Assembly: GCA_035288465.1 (NCBI GenBank)
Contig: DATEAH010000007.1
Coordinates: forward strand, 66,090 to 130,089
Length of the DNA stretch: 64,000 nt
From: Patescibacteria group bacterium
GTDB taxonomy: Bacteria; Patescibacteriota; UBA1384; DATEAH01
Reading direction: 5' to 3'
The notes under the pieces are model-generated. The model was not told where the DNA came from. It saw only the letters and a program-made list of their open reading frames with translations, and did not search any database. A program made the position numbers and the translations under genes. Every line of letters starts with the position of its first letter. Within the stretch, counting starts at the first letter, position 1. This document shows, in pieces, positions 8,918 through 17,393 of this stretch.

Positions 8918-9529
8918 TTATTTGGAGGCCAAAAACTTCATTTTCGGCAACAAAACATTATATTTTGGTCGTAAAATTCGGTGAAAGTTACGAAAAGAAA
9001 TCATGGGTTTGCCAATAATTAATTTTTCATCAAGTGCTCCAAACGATCTGGAATCCAGGCTATTGGCACGATTGTCGCCCATCACAAAAACTTGATTTTG
9101 CCCTAAAGTAACTTTGAAATTAGTGGAGGTGGACGCAGAATAAATATCTGACGGTAAATAAGTTTCGCCTAAAATAATACCTTGCGGATGTTCATTATTA
9201 ACAATGGTGATTTTGCCATTTTCAATTTGGAGCGTTTCGCCGGGCATGCCAATAATTCTTTTTATAAAATCGAGTTGCTGATTTTGTGGATATTTAAAAA
9301 TAACTACATCACCGCGATGATATTTTTTTAGTTTAGGGGTAACCTTTTCAACTAATAAATATTCTTTATCATAATAATTTGGTTCCATACTTGGACCATC
9401 CACAATAAAGGGCTGAAAGACGAAAATTCTAAAAAGTAAAGCCAAAAGAAATAACAATATCACACCCTTGAAAAGGTCGAAAATAAAATAAGCGATTTTT
9501 TTCAGATTCGCAATTGAATCATTTGACAT
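8918..9529 (-). CDS. lepB: signal peptidase I
   Basis: S26 motifs GPSMEP (Ser), KRIIGMPGE (Lys) and GDNRANSLDSRSFG. N-terminal TM anchor. Confidence 0.85.
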   Translation of the reverse strand: MSNDSIANLKKIAYFIFDLFKGVILLFLLALLFRIFVFQPFIVDGPSMEPNYYDKEYLLVEKVTPKLKKYHRGDVVIFKYPQNQQLDFIKRIIGMPGETLQIENGKITIVNNEHPQGIILGETYLPSDIYSASTSTNFKVTLGQNQVFVMGDNRANSLDSRSFGALDEKLIIGKPMISFRNFHRILRPKYNVLLPKMKFLASK

Positions 9530-9562
9530 TTTTTCCCTAATTTTATTTTTATTTAAATCTCT

Positions 9563-9636
9563 TGGCCACTGACCGATTCGAACGGTCGACCTTCGCGATG
9601 TGAACGCGACGCTCTAACCAGCTGAGCTAAGTGACC
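9563..9636 (-). tRNA. tRNA-Val (anticodon CAC)
   Basis: Hand-folded cloverleaf. Acceptor GGTCACT/AGTGGCC, anticodon loop TTCACAT, T-loop TTCGAAT. CCA is not encoded. Confidence 0.85.
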
Positions 9637-9700
9637 ATAGATTAATTTTATCTAAAAATCACTAATTTTGCAATTGATTTAAGGCTAAAAAAGTTTTATC

Positions 9701-9730
9701 TTGATAATTTTTGGTTTAATATGGTATAAT
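9701..9730 (+). promoter_or_regulatory. sigma70-like promoter, ttgata-N18-tataat
   Basis: Sits ~85 nt upstream of the TraR/DksA-like gene. Confidence 0.4.
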
Positions 9731-9815
9731 AATAGCAAGGCACTACCCAACATTTTGGAAATTCAGGCTTTCAAAACAAGCTTTGAATTAGTAATTTAAG
9801 TAAGTAGGAGGTGAG

Positions 9816-10160
9816 ATGTTAGACGAGAAATTTATTCGTGACAGGAAAGCTGATCTTGAGAAAGCAAAATTTAGACTTGAAAATGAGCTGGGAAAAGTTT
9901 CCACGGGCAAAGGGAAAGACCGACAAGCTCTTTTTCCTGATATTGGCAGCAAAGAAGATGAATCCGCCCAAGAAGTAGAAATGTACGAAAGCAGTTTATC
10001 ACTTGAAAAGGGCATGGAACAAAAATTAAATGAAATAAATATCGCCTTAGATAAAATCGAAAAAGGTAAATACGGTTATTGTGAAAATTGCCGGAAAGAA
10101 ATTCCCAAAGATCGGTTGAAAGCATATCCTGAGGCGACGACATGTTTAAATTGCCATTAA
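9816..10160 (+). CDS. TraR/DksA-family C4 zinc-finger protein
   Basis: C-terminal CENCRKEIPKDRLKAYPEATTCLNCH four-Cys finger and an N-terminal coiled coil. Confidence 0.8.
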   Translation: MLDEKFIRDRKADLEKAKFRLENELGKVSTGKGKDRQALFPDIGSKEDESAQEVEMYESSLSLEKGMEQKLNEINIALDKIEKGKYGYCENCRKEIPKDRLKAYPEATTCLNCH

Positions 10161-10567
10161 AAAAATTTGCAAATTATAATTTTTGGATATCGTTCACCCT
10201 CATCGTAGTTTTGGATCAATTATTAAAATTGTTTGTTCTCAAAATATATCCCGGAATAGTTTATGTAAGCTCGGGCGTATTCAGCCATTTTAATTTTGCT
10301 TGGGCGGGAATTTTACCGGCCTTTTTGGTGGTAATCTTTATAATTTTTCAAGAAACATTTTTTAAAGAAACCATCACTGCGGTTACATTTGGCGCTTTGT
10401 TGGGTGCGGCAATTAGTAACTTAATTGATCGGATTTTTAGGCATAGCGTTTTAGATTGGATTCCGATTTTTGGTGTAAAATTTAATTTTGCCGATATGAT
10501 ATTAATTATCGGTAGCATGATTTTGATCATTAATTTGTGGCAAAAACCAGAAGACTCGAAAAAATAG
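10142..10567 (+). CDS. lspA: lipoprotein signal peptidase (signal peptidase II)
   Basis: 141 aa, 4 TM. LspA motifs DQLLK, FNFAWAG (N.GAAF-like), LIDRI and FNFADMILIIG. Confidence 0.7.
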   Translation: MFKLPLKKFANYNFWISFTLIVVLDQLLKLFVLKIYPGIVYVSSGVFSHFNFAWAGILPAFLVVIFIIFQETFFKETITAVTFGALLGAAISNLIDRIFRHSVLDWIPIFGVKFNFADMILIIGSMILIINLWQKPEDSKK

Positions 10568-10571
10568 AACT

Positions 10572-10883
10572 TTAACTTATTTCAAATAAATTGAAAAGTT
10601 TGTTTGAAATATTTGCCAATAACGTCGTTTTAGTGTCAAGAAAATATATTGAAGAAATAAATGCGGCAATAATTAAGATGACCCAAGCAACCTTAAACAA
10701 ATCAGATTTAACTTTGTGATCATCTATTGCCACGGTGGGCTTTTCAGTTTTATGGCTTTTTTTATCAAATTTAGAGAGAGCTTGAGTTAGATTTTTGTCT
10801 GGCGCAGATTCGGTTTGCGCCATTTTCAATCTTTGTTCAATGAGTTTTTTGAGTTGAAGTTTCGCTTTCTTATTTTTTGCCAT
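10572..10883 (-). CDS. hypothetical small membrane-anchored basic protein (start taken at MAKNKK; RBS aggagt)
   Basis: C-terminal TM helix VAWVILIIAAFISSIYFL. No recognisable domain. Confidence 0.4.
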   Translation of the reverse strand: MAKNKKAKLQLKKLIEQRLKMAQTESAPDKNLTQALSKFDKKSHKTEKPTVAIDDHKVKSDLFKVAWVILIIAAFISSIYFLDTKTTLLANISNKLFNLFEIS

Positions 10884-10996
10884 GTGACTCCTAAGGCTAA
10901 TTATAAGTGAATCGTTTTGGGATTGCAAGCAAGTGTTGATTCTTGATTTTATTGGTGGGATTTGATATTATTAAACTAAATTTCTGAATTCAAATT

Positions 10997-11068
10997 GCGG
11001 GTGTCGTATAGCGGCTATTATACGTCCTTGCCAAGGACGAGACGGCGGTTCGACTCCGCTCACCCGCT
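10997..11068 (+). tRNA. tRNA-Gly (anticodon GCC)
   Basis: Cloverleaf with acceptor GCGGGTG/CACCCGC, anticodon loop TTGCCAA and T-loop TTCGACT. Confidence 0.85.
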
Positions 11069-11133
11069 CATTTCGTCAATAGCAAAAAGAGCGAGGCTTA
11101 CCATTTAAGGCGACTCGCTCCACAACTCTTCTT

Positions 11134-11207
11134 GGCCTAGTGTCCGAGTAGTTAGGAAGCGGTCTGCAAAACCGCGTACCCCGGTGCAAATCCGGGCTAG
11201 GCCTCCA
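11134..11207 (+). tRNA. tRNA-Cys (anticodon GCA), with CCA encoded
   Basis: Acceptor GGCCTAG/CTAGGCC, anticodon loop CTGCAAA. Ends with the discriminator T plus CCA. Confidence 0.8.
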
Positions 11208-11241
11208 CCAATTTATCACTTCAATTTAAACAAAGGAAAAA

Positions 11242-11457
11242 ATGGACAAAGCGATTAATATCGTCCAGATTACATCAGCATTATTATTAATCCTGACAAT
11301 TTTACTTCAGCAACGCGGAGCAACTTTGGGGGGCGCTTTTGGCGGTGAAAGCGCAGTTTATAATACCAGAAGAGGACCCGAAAAATTGCTTTTTATTATT
11401 TCGATTATTTTTGCGATTATTTTTTTGGTTTCAGCCGTAATTAATGTTCTCAGGTAG
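11242..11457 (+). CDS. secG: preprotein translocase subunit SecG
   Basis: 71 aa, 2 TM. SecG signature LLQQRGATLGGAFGG. Confidence 0.75.
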   Translation: MDKAINIVQITSALLLILTILLQQRGATLGGAFGGESAVYNTRRGPEKLLFIISIIFAIIFLVSAVINVLR

Positions 11458-11466
11458 GGGGACAAT

Positions 11467-13221
11467 TTGAATATTAGGAAGGCAAAGCTATTTTTGTCTT
11501 TTAAATTGCGCCATTTTTTGAGACTAATCATCACTAAAATTAGTGGTTTTATTTCAATTTTTAAACGAATGAGACTCGCATTGGGTTTACTTTCGATTAT
11601 GGAAAAAAGAATCATCATTATCTGTACGATTGTTTTTTTGGTGGCATTAGGTTTTTTGGTGCGAAAAATATACCTAAAAAATTCATATTTAGTCCCAGCA
11701 GTTGGCGGTAAAATCTCCATTGCTGAGGTTGGGGAACCAAAATTATTGAATCCGCTTTTTGCTAAATCCTCTGAAGATAAGGACGTGGTGAATTTGGTTT
11801 ATTCGGGTTTATTTTACTGGGATAATAATTTAGTCTTAAAGCCTGATTTGGCAAAAAAATGGGTGATTTCTGAAGATCGAAAAACCTATACTTTTGCCCT
11901 AAACGAGGTAAATTGGCATGACAATATGCCAGTTACTTCTGAAGATATTGCTTTTACAGCAAGCGTGATTTCTGATCAACAATATGCCGGTCCTTTGAAG
12001 GGTTTGTTTGATAATGTCACAGTTGAACCGGTTGATGATAAAACAATTAAATTTACCTTAGCTGAACCTTACCAGCCATTTTTAAAAAGACTTACCTTTG
12101 GGATTTTGCCAGCACATGTTTTAGGTAATGTGCCAACTGATCAGCTCGAGGAAGATAATTTTAACCTTTCTCCAGTAGGCTCGGGACCTTATATGGTGCA
12201 AAAAACCAAACTTATCGGCAACACAAAACAAGTAATCTTAGAAAGAGTTGCCACGAGTAAAAATCGTGATTCCTTCATTTCTGAAATCACTATTAATTAT
12301 TTTAAAGATTTTGAAGGAGCTGCTAAGGCTTATCAAAAAGGCGAGGTTTCAGTTTTAACCAATATTCCAGTAGAGGAATTTAAAGAAATTAGCAAGAATC
12401 GGGATTTAAATTTGTATCATCTTAAAGCTGCCAGTTATATGGTGTTATTTTTTAACCTGACAAGTGACAATTTAAAGCAAAAAAGCATTCGTGTCGCAAT
12501 TGCGGAAAGCATTAATAAAAATGCGATCATTGACGAGGTTTTATCTGGCAACGCAGAACCGGTTGAGGGTCCGATTTTGCCAGGCTTTTTAGGCTATTCT
12601 GAACAAATGAAAGCGGTCAAATATGATTTTCAAAAAGCCGAAAAAGATTTAGCGCAAATAGGTTTTAAGAAAAACGATTTAGGAATTTTAACCAAAAATG
12701 GCAAAGTGCTGGAGTTTAATTTAGCCCTAACTGATGATGAAGTGAGTATGGCCACAGCGGAAAAAATCAAAGCGCAATTGGCCGAAGTTGGGATTAAGGC
12801 AAATGTGATACAAGCAGATTTGTTAACGCTCCAGACAGATTACATTTTTAACCGTAAATTTGATATGTTGCTTTTTGGTGAAAATTTAGGTCCAGACTCC
12901 GATCCTTACCCATTTTGGCATTCTTCTCAAATTGGCACGACTAAGCTAAACTTTTCTGGATTTTCCAATAAAGAAGTTGATAAGCTTTTGGAGCAAGCTC
13001 GAACCACCAGTGATAAAAAACTACGTCAGAAAAATTATCAACGCTTTCAACAAATTATTATTGATGATGTACCAGTAATCTTTATTTTTCGACCAGATAG
13101 TTTGTTGGCGGTGAACTCAAAAGTGAAAGGGGTTGAAGAAAATAACCTGATTTCAAGTTCTGATAAACTTTTTCAACTTAAAAACTGGTATTTAAAGATG
13201 GGTAGAAAAAAGAATAAATAA
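11467..13221 (+). CDS. ABC transporter substrate-binding protein, family 5 (oligopeptide/dipeptide/nickel type). The true start is probably internal, near the MEKRII TM anchor.
   Basis: SBP_bac_5 architecture about 540 aa long. An N-terminal hydrophobic anchor is followed by LFAKSSEDKDVVNLVYSGLF. Confidence 0.85.
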   Translation: MNIRKAKLFLSFKLRHFLRLIITKISGFISIFKRMRLALGLLSIMEKRIIIICTIVFLVALGFLVRKIYLKNSYLVPAVGGKISIAEVGEPKLLNPLFAKSSEDKDVVNLVYSGLFYWDNNLVLKPDLAKKWVISEDRKTYTFALNEVNWHDNMPVTSEDIAFTASVISDQQYAGPLKGLFDNVTVEPVDDKTIKFTLAEPYQPFLKRLTFGILPAHVLGNVPTDQLEEDNFNLSPVGSGPYMVQKTKLIGNTKQVILERVATSKNRDSFISEITINYFKDFEGAAKAYQKGEVSVLTNIPVEEFKEISKNRDLNLYHLKAASYMVLFFNLTSDNLKQKSIRVAIAESINKNAIIDEVLSGNAEPVEGPILPGFLGYSEQMKAVKYDFQKAEKDLAQIGFKKNDLGILTKNGKVLEFNLALTDDEVSMATAEKIKAQLAEVGIKANVIQADLLTLQTDYIFNRKFDMLLFGENLGPDSDPYPFWHSSQIGTTKLNFSGFSNKEVDKLLEQARTTSDKKLRQKNYQRFQQIIIDDVPVIFIFRPDSLLAVNSKVKGVEENNLISSSDKLFQLKNWYLKMGRKKNK

Positions 13222-13271
13222 AGTTAGAGATTGAAATTTGAACTCAAAAAGGTTAAAATAGAGCTTGAATG

Positions 13272-13355
13272 GGGCGAATGGCGGAATTGGTAGACGCGCA
13301 GCGTTCAGGTCGCTGTGGGAGCAATCCTGTGGAGGTTCGAGTCCTCTTTCGCCCA
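13272..13355 (+). tRNA. tRNA-Leu (anticodon CAG)
   Basis: 84 nt with a long variable arm. Anticodon loop TTCAGGT. Acceptor GGGCGAA/TTCGCCC. Confidence 0.85.
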
Positions 13356-13368
13356 GCGTGAAAATTGT

Positions 13369-13451
13369 GGGGACGTGGTGGAATTGGTATACACGACAGG
13401 TTGAGGGCCTGTGCTCGCAAGAGCGTGAGAGTTCAAGTCTCTCCGTCCCCA
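13369..13451 (+). tRNA. tRNA-Leu (anticodon GAG)
   Basis: 83 nt with a long variable arm. Anticodon loop TTGAGGG. Acceptor GGGGACG/CGTCCCC. Confidence 0.85.
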
Positions 13452-13563
13452 TTTATATAATTTGCAGCCTTTAAACTAAAGTTTGGCTGTTTTTTTATTA
13501 ATTATATGTTATACTTTCATCAAGTTGATACTCGAGTCCAATCCAGAACCGGAGGTCATAGGA

Positions 13564-14226
13564 ATGGAACTGACAGCTAGAAACACGATTGTTTTAGCTA
13601 TCAAGCGAACATATCCTCGAGGTTGTTGGGGTGAGAAAAATTACTGGTTTGATCAATTTCCGAAAGGTTCAGATTTACTCTCTGCTTCTCTTGCGCGTAA
13701 TGAATCCGATAATTGTTGTATTTCAGCTCTGCTTGCTAAAGGGGTCGGGCAAAATGAAGCCCCAACGATTGCCAATTGGATATCTTTTGTGCTGGCTGGT
13801 GCAATTATCGCCACCAAAACCAGGAAATACATTATTCCTCCTGAAAAGAAACCATACGATTGGGAATCTAATATTGAGCAATTTGTTTGGGAACAGCTCT
13901 GGATGAAGATCCAGTGGAAGCGCCATCCCCTTGATTCTGATTTTGTGGTCGTTATGCTGCGTGAATTTGTACCCAGGCATCATATGGGCGGTGAGCTTTA
14001 TCCTAGTTTTTGCCGAAGCACCTTTGCCGGTCTTTGGCCTCATGTGTATCAACCGGTGGGTGGATCTTCTATCCATTCATTACTACCAGAAACATTAGAG
14101 TTGGGTAACCGATCCTTTGATACTTCATCCGAAGAAATTCAAGATTCAATTCTTCAGGTGGCAGAACATGTTCCGACCATGCTTGAGATTGCCAATGCCC
14201 GAATTCGGAAAACTTATTCTTGGTGA
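13564..14226 (+). CDS. hypothetical protein (ORF track 13483..14226)
   Basis: GC is visibly higher than the genome background. Trp/Cys-containing, with no recognisable motif. Lies directly downstream of the tRNA-Leu pair. Confidence 0.4.
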   Translation: MELTARNTIVLAIKRTYPRGCWGEKNYWFDQFPKGSDLLSASLARNESDNCCISALLAKGVGQNEAPTIANWISFVLAGAIIATKTRKYIIPPEKKPYDWESNIEQFVWEQLWMKIQWKRHPLDSDFVVVMLREFVPRHHMGGELYPSFCRSTFAGLWPHVYQPVGGSSIHSLLPETLELGNRSFDTSSEEIQDSILQVAEHVPTMLEIANARIRKTYSW

Positions 14227-14248
14227 CCCCATTGATTCGGGAGGTGAG

Positions 14249-14830
14249 ATGGGTGAGAAAACCGAATATCGGATCGATTTTGACGGATTAATTCTAAATG
14301 TCGCTGAACTGAAAGCTCGGGAATTGGCACATTTTGGTTTAGAGGTGGAAATTGACGGGGTTAAACGTAAATTTATTGTTGAGGAAGGGCTACTCACAGA
14401 TCCAGAATATTCGGCTTTTCTTAAAGAAACTTATCGAAACCGAGACTTGATGAGAACCTATCAACCCGTACCAGATGCGATTGGATCAATTTGGCGTTTA
14501 CAAAATGAAGGTTACCAAATTGTTGTGATTACGGCTCGCGAAGGTGAGGCATTAAATATTGCCAGGGATTGGATGCGAAGAGTAGGATTAGAATTAGAGA
14601 TTTTAGGAGTCGGCTTAAGATAAGATAAGGTTGATGTTGCACGAGCATGCGAGTTGGCTATTTATATTGATGATGATATTGATAAACTCGCACCCTTGGT
14701 TGGTATTGTTCCATATCTTTTCTTGTTTTCCTGGCCATATAATCTTGCCGAAGATGAAAGAAATATTGCTAAGAGAATTTTTTCTTGGCAAGAGTTTTAT
14801 AGGGAAATTCAACAGCTTAGGAAGGTTTAA
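14249..14830 (+). pseudogene. HAD-superfamily 5'(3')-deoxyribonucleotidase-like gene interrupted by an in-frame TAA at 14621..14623
   Basis: RBS ggaggtga precedes the ATG at 14249. HAD motif I DFDGLI, motif II VVITAR; motif III/IV DDD (AIYIDDDIDKL) lies downstream of the stop in the same frame. The downstream part contains no Met or alternative start codon. Confidence 0.6.
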
Positions 14831-14989
14831 TTCCAGAGGGAGCCTTCCTTTTTTAATTTGCGGCAAAGCGAACAAAATGGTAAAATTTATTTAATAAAGA
14901 AATTAAATTCCTCGAGGATAACTGAGCTAAACCCCTAGAGCATACTCGGGGTAAATCCCGCCGAAAGTACAACGGGATAAAGGAGAAAA

Positions 14990-15265
14990 ATGCTTTCAAA
15001 AATACCCACTGATTTATCCAAGATTAAAAAAGAAGACAAAGACCGACAAATTTTAAGGTTGGGAATGATGGCGGAATTAGATGCGATCAGCGTTTATGAA
15101 CAATTAGCTGCAGAAACTAATAGTCGCAAAATCAAAAATGCCTTGTTGGATATTGCTCGAGAAGAAAAAACCCATGTTGGTGAATTTGAAACCCTGCTTT
15201 TACAAATCGACAAAGAACAAGTCGAAGAATCTGCAGCTGGTAAAAAAGAAGTTAATGAATTTTAA
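14990..15265 (+). CDS. ferritin-like / rubrerythrin-family small protein
   Basis: 91 aa. Paired E..(E/H) helices (AELDAISVYEQLA ... DIAREEKTHVGEFE) typical of ferritin-like diiron folds. Confidence 0.5.
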   Translation: MLSKIPTDLSKIKKEDKDRQILRLGMMAELDAISVYEQLAAETNSRKIKNALLDIAREEKTHVGEFETLLLQIDKEQVEESAAGKKEVNEF

Positions 15266-15279
15266 AGATATTATAAATT

Positions 15280-16044
15280 ATGAAAATTTATTCTTGGAAT
15301 GTGAACGGGATAAGATCAGCTTGGAATAAGGGTTTTTTAAGCTGGTTTGAGACGGAAAATCCAGACATTGTCGGTTTGCAGGAAATGAAAGCACAACCCG
15401 AAACGATTGAACATCTTGAAATTCCCAAAAATTACCATTTTTATTTTAATCCGGCTCAGAAAAAAGGCTATGCCGGGGTAGCGGTTTTTTCTAAAATTAA
15501 GCCTCAAAAAGTACTCTATAATATAGGAATAAAAAGATTTGACTCAGAGGGTCGTTTTTTACGTTTAGATTTTGAGGATTATATTTTAATTAGTGTTTAT
15601 ATGCCTCACGGAGGGCGCGCTAAAGAGAATTTGGATTATAAATTACAGGTCTATAAAAAATTATTGATTTTATTAAAAACATTGACTTCGCAAAAGGTAA
15701 TTTTGATTGGTGATTTTAATATCGCCCATGACGAAAGAGATTTGGCAAGACCCAAGGAAAATAAAAATAATATTATGTTTTTGCCCGAAGAAAGAGAAAA
15801 AATAGATCAATTGATAAAAATGGGTTTTATTGATAGTTTTCGAAAATTTCATCAGAATAATGGACATTATTCTTGGTGGCCATATTATCGCCAAGCTCGT
15901 CAAAGAAATTTGGGTTGGCGTTTAGATTATATTTTTGTTTCAGATAAATTAAAATCAAAATTAAAAAACGCCCAGATTCAAGTGCGGGTTTTAGGTTCTG
16001 ACCATTGTCCAGTTCAAGCGGAACTAATTAACTTCGCAAAATAA
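15280..16044 (+). CDS. xth: exodeoxyribonuclease III (AP endonuclease)
   Basis: 254 aa. MKIYSWNVNGIRSA, GLQEMK, GDFNIAHDERD and C-terminal SDHCPV motifs of the EEP/Xth family. Confidence 0.9.
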   Translation: MKIYSWNVNGIRSAWNKGFLSWFETENPDIVGLQEMKAQPETIEHLEIPKNYHFYFNPAQKKGYAGVAVFSKIKPQKVLYNIGIKRFDSEGRFLRLDFEDYILISVYMPHGGRAKENLDYKLQVYKKLLILLKTLTSQKVILIGDFNIAHDERDLARPKENKNNIMFLPEEREKIDQLIKMGFIDSFRKFHQNNGHYSWWPYYRQARQRNLGWRLDYIFVSDKLKSKLKNAQIQVRVLGSDHCPVQAELINFAK

Positions 16045-16624
16045 TTTTTGGTTGTTGTTGAGTAAAATCAACAATTTTTGAGAGAGGTTTTTGAGGTAAA
16101 ATACCAGCATCAATGATTAAATCTGGTTTAACTTTTTGTGATTTAAAAAATTTAATCGCCTTTTGAGCTGACCAAATTTCAGGGGATCCGGACAAATTGG
16201 CACTTGTTGCAGTATATGGGAGTTGAATCTGAGCCGAGAGAGCTTCGGTAAAAGGAAAATCAGGTATTCTTAAGCTAATTGAATTATTGGTGTTGGTATA
16301 AATTTTTTGATTTTTTTTCAAGGGTAAAATAATTGTATATGATCCTGGCAATATTTTTTTTAGCTCGATTTTGGTATATTGGTTAATTTTGGCAAATTTT
16401 TCCGCCATTTCTAAATTCGTCACGATTACTGAGATCGGTTTATCGGCCGGTCTGTTTTTAATCTGAAAAACTTTCCGAACCGCTTTCGGATTGGTGGCAT
16501 CGGCCGCTAAACCATAGCAAGTGTCTGATGGAAAAACTATTACTCCGCCTTTTTTAATGATTTGGCTGATTTTGATTAATTTATTTTTCGAAATATTTTT
16601 AAGATTTATTTTGATAATTTTCAT
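16028..16624 (-). CDS. tsaC: L-threonylcarbamoyladenylate synthase (TsaC/YrdC family)
   Basis: 198 aa. YrdC motifs GGVIVFPSDTCYGLAADA, KNRPADKPISVIV and TATSANLSG. Confidence 0.85.
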   Translation of the reverse strand: MKIIKINLKNISKNKLIKISQIIKKGGVIVFPSDTCYGLAADATNPKAVRKVFQIKNRPADKPISVIVTNLEMAEKFAKINQYTKIELKKILPGSYTIILPLKKNQKIYTNTNNSISLRIPDFPFTEALSAQIQLPYTATSANLSGSPEIWSAQKAIKFFKSQKVKPDLIIDAGILPQKPLSKIVDFTQQQPKIILRS

Positions 16625-16716
16625 AAATCTATTATAAACTTAAACTTGATTTTAGGCGAAGGTTTTGATAAAATTGTTATGAATTGATTGGGATAAAAGG
16701 ACGACCTTTGCGAAAC

Positions 16717-16792
16717 GCACCCGTAGCTCAGCGGTTAGAGCGCTTGGTTTACATCCAAGAAGTCGTCCGTTCGAATCGGACCGGGTGTACCA
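16717..16792 (+). tRNA. tRNA-Val (anticodon TAC), with CCA encoded
   Basis: 76 nt. Anticodon loop TTTACAT. T-loop TTCGAAT. Confidence 0.9.
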
Positions 16793-16814
16793 TTAGTGAA
16801 AGTTGCCGCGACGT

Positions 16815-16886
16815 GCCGAGGTAGCTCAGTGGCAGAGCACATGACTGAAAATCATGGTGTCGGCAGTTCGATCCTGCCCCTCGGCA
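16815..16886 (+). tRNA. tRNA-Phe (anticodon GAA)
   Basis: 72 nt. Acceptor GCCGAGG/CCTCGGC. Anticodon loop CTGAAAA. T-loop TTCGATC. Confidence 0.9.
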
Positions 16887-16919
16887 TAGCTTTTCATCTT
16901 TTTTGGATGTAAATATTTT

Positions 16920-17387
16920 ATGAAGAATTTATTATTCGAGTTTTTTAAAAAATATTTTTCCCGCCAATTTTTATTGACTAATCAAATTGTCCCGCAAATT
17001 CAGGACACAGTTTTAATCATTTTGTTAGCAATTCTAATTTTAGCAACGATTATTAAGGTGGCGGAATATATTTGGTTTAGGACAAAAACTCCCTGGCAGC
17101 ACTTTTTAAATCAAATTTTTAGTTGGTTGCTGACGGTGGCGTTGATTGGATTGGGATTTTGGCTTTTTGCTAAGGCTGATTTGCCTTTTTTCTCAGATTT
17201 TTTTTGGTGGTTATTGCTATCATTGACATTTATAGTTTGGGGGTTTATAATTTTAAATTATGGGATAAGAAAATTCCCGCAAGAATTATTTAGGCATCAA
17301 AATCAAGTTAGAAAAGAAAAATATCTGCCTCATCGGCAGACAAGCCTGCTTCGAAAACGGGTTAAGATGGCTAAATCTAAAAGGTAA
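16920..17387 (+). CDS. hypothetical integral membrane protein
   Basis: 155 aa with 3-4 predicted TM helices and a basic C-terminal tail. Confidence 0.4.
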   Translation: MKNLLFEFFKKYFSRQFLLTNQIVPQIQDTVLIILLAILILATIIKVAEYIWFRTKTPWQHFLNQIFSWLLTVALIGLGFWLFAKADLPFFSDFFWWLLLSLTFIVWGFIILNYGIRKFPQELFRHQNQVRKEKYLPHRQTSLLRKRVKMAKSKR

Positions 17388-17393
17388 AAAAGC

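Noticed and set aside
13192-13474. ORF-track entries 13192..13452 (-) and 13265..13474 (+)
   Set aside because: They coincide exactly with two hand-folded tRNA-Leu genes (13272..13355 and 13369..13451), so they are spurious reading frames across structured RNA.
14631-14894. 87-aa ORF beginning MMLHEHASWLF
   Set aside because: It is an out-of-frame read across the C-terminal part of the interrupted HAD nucleotidase gene. The in-frame continuation (DKVDVARACELAIYIDDD...) carries HAD motif IV instead.
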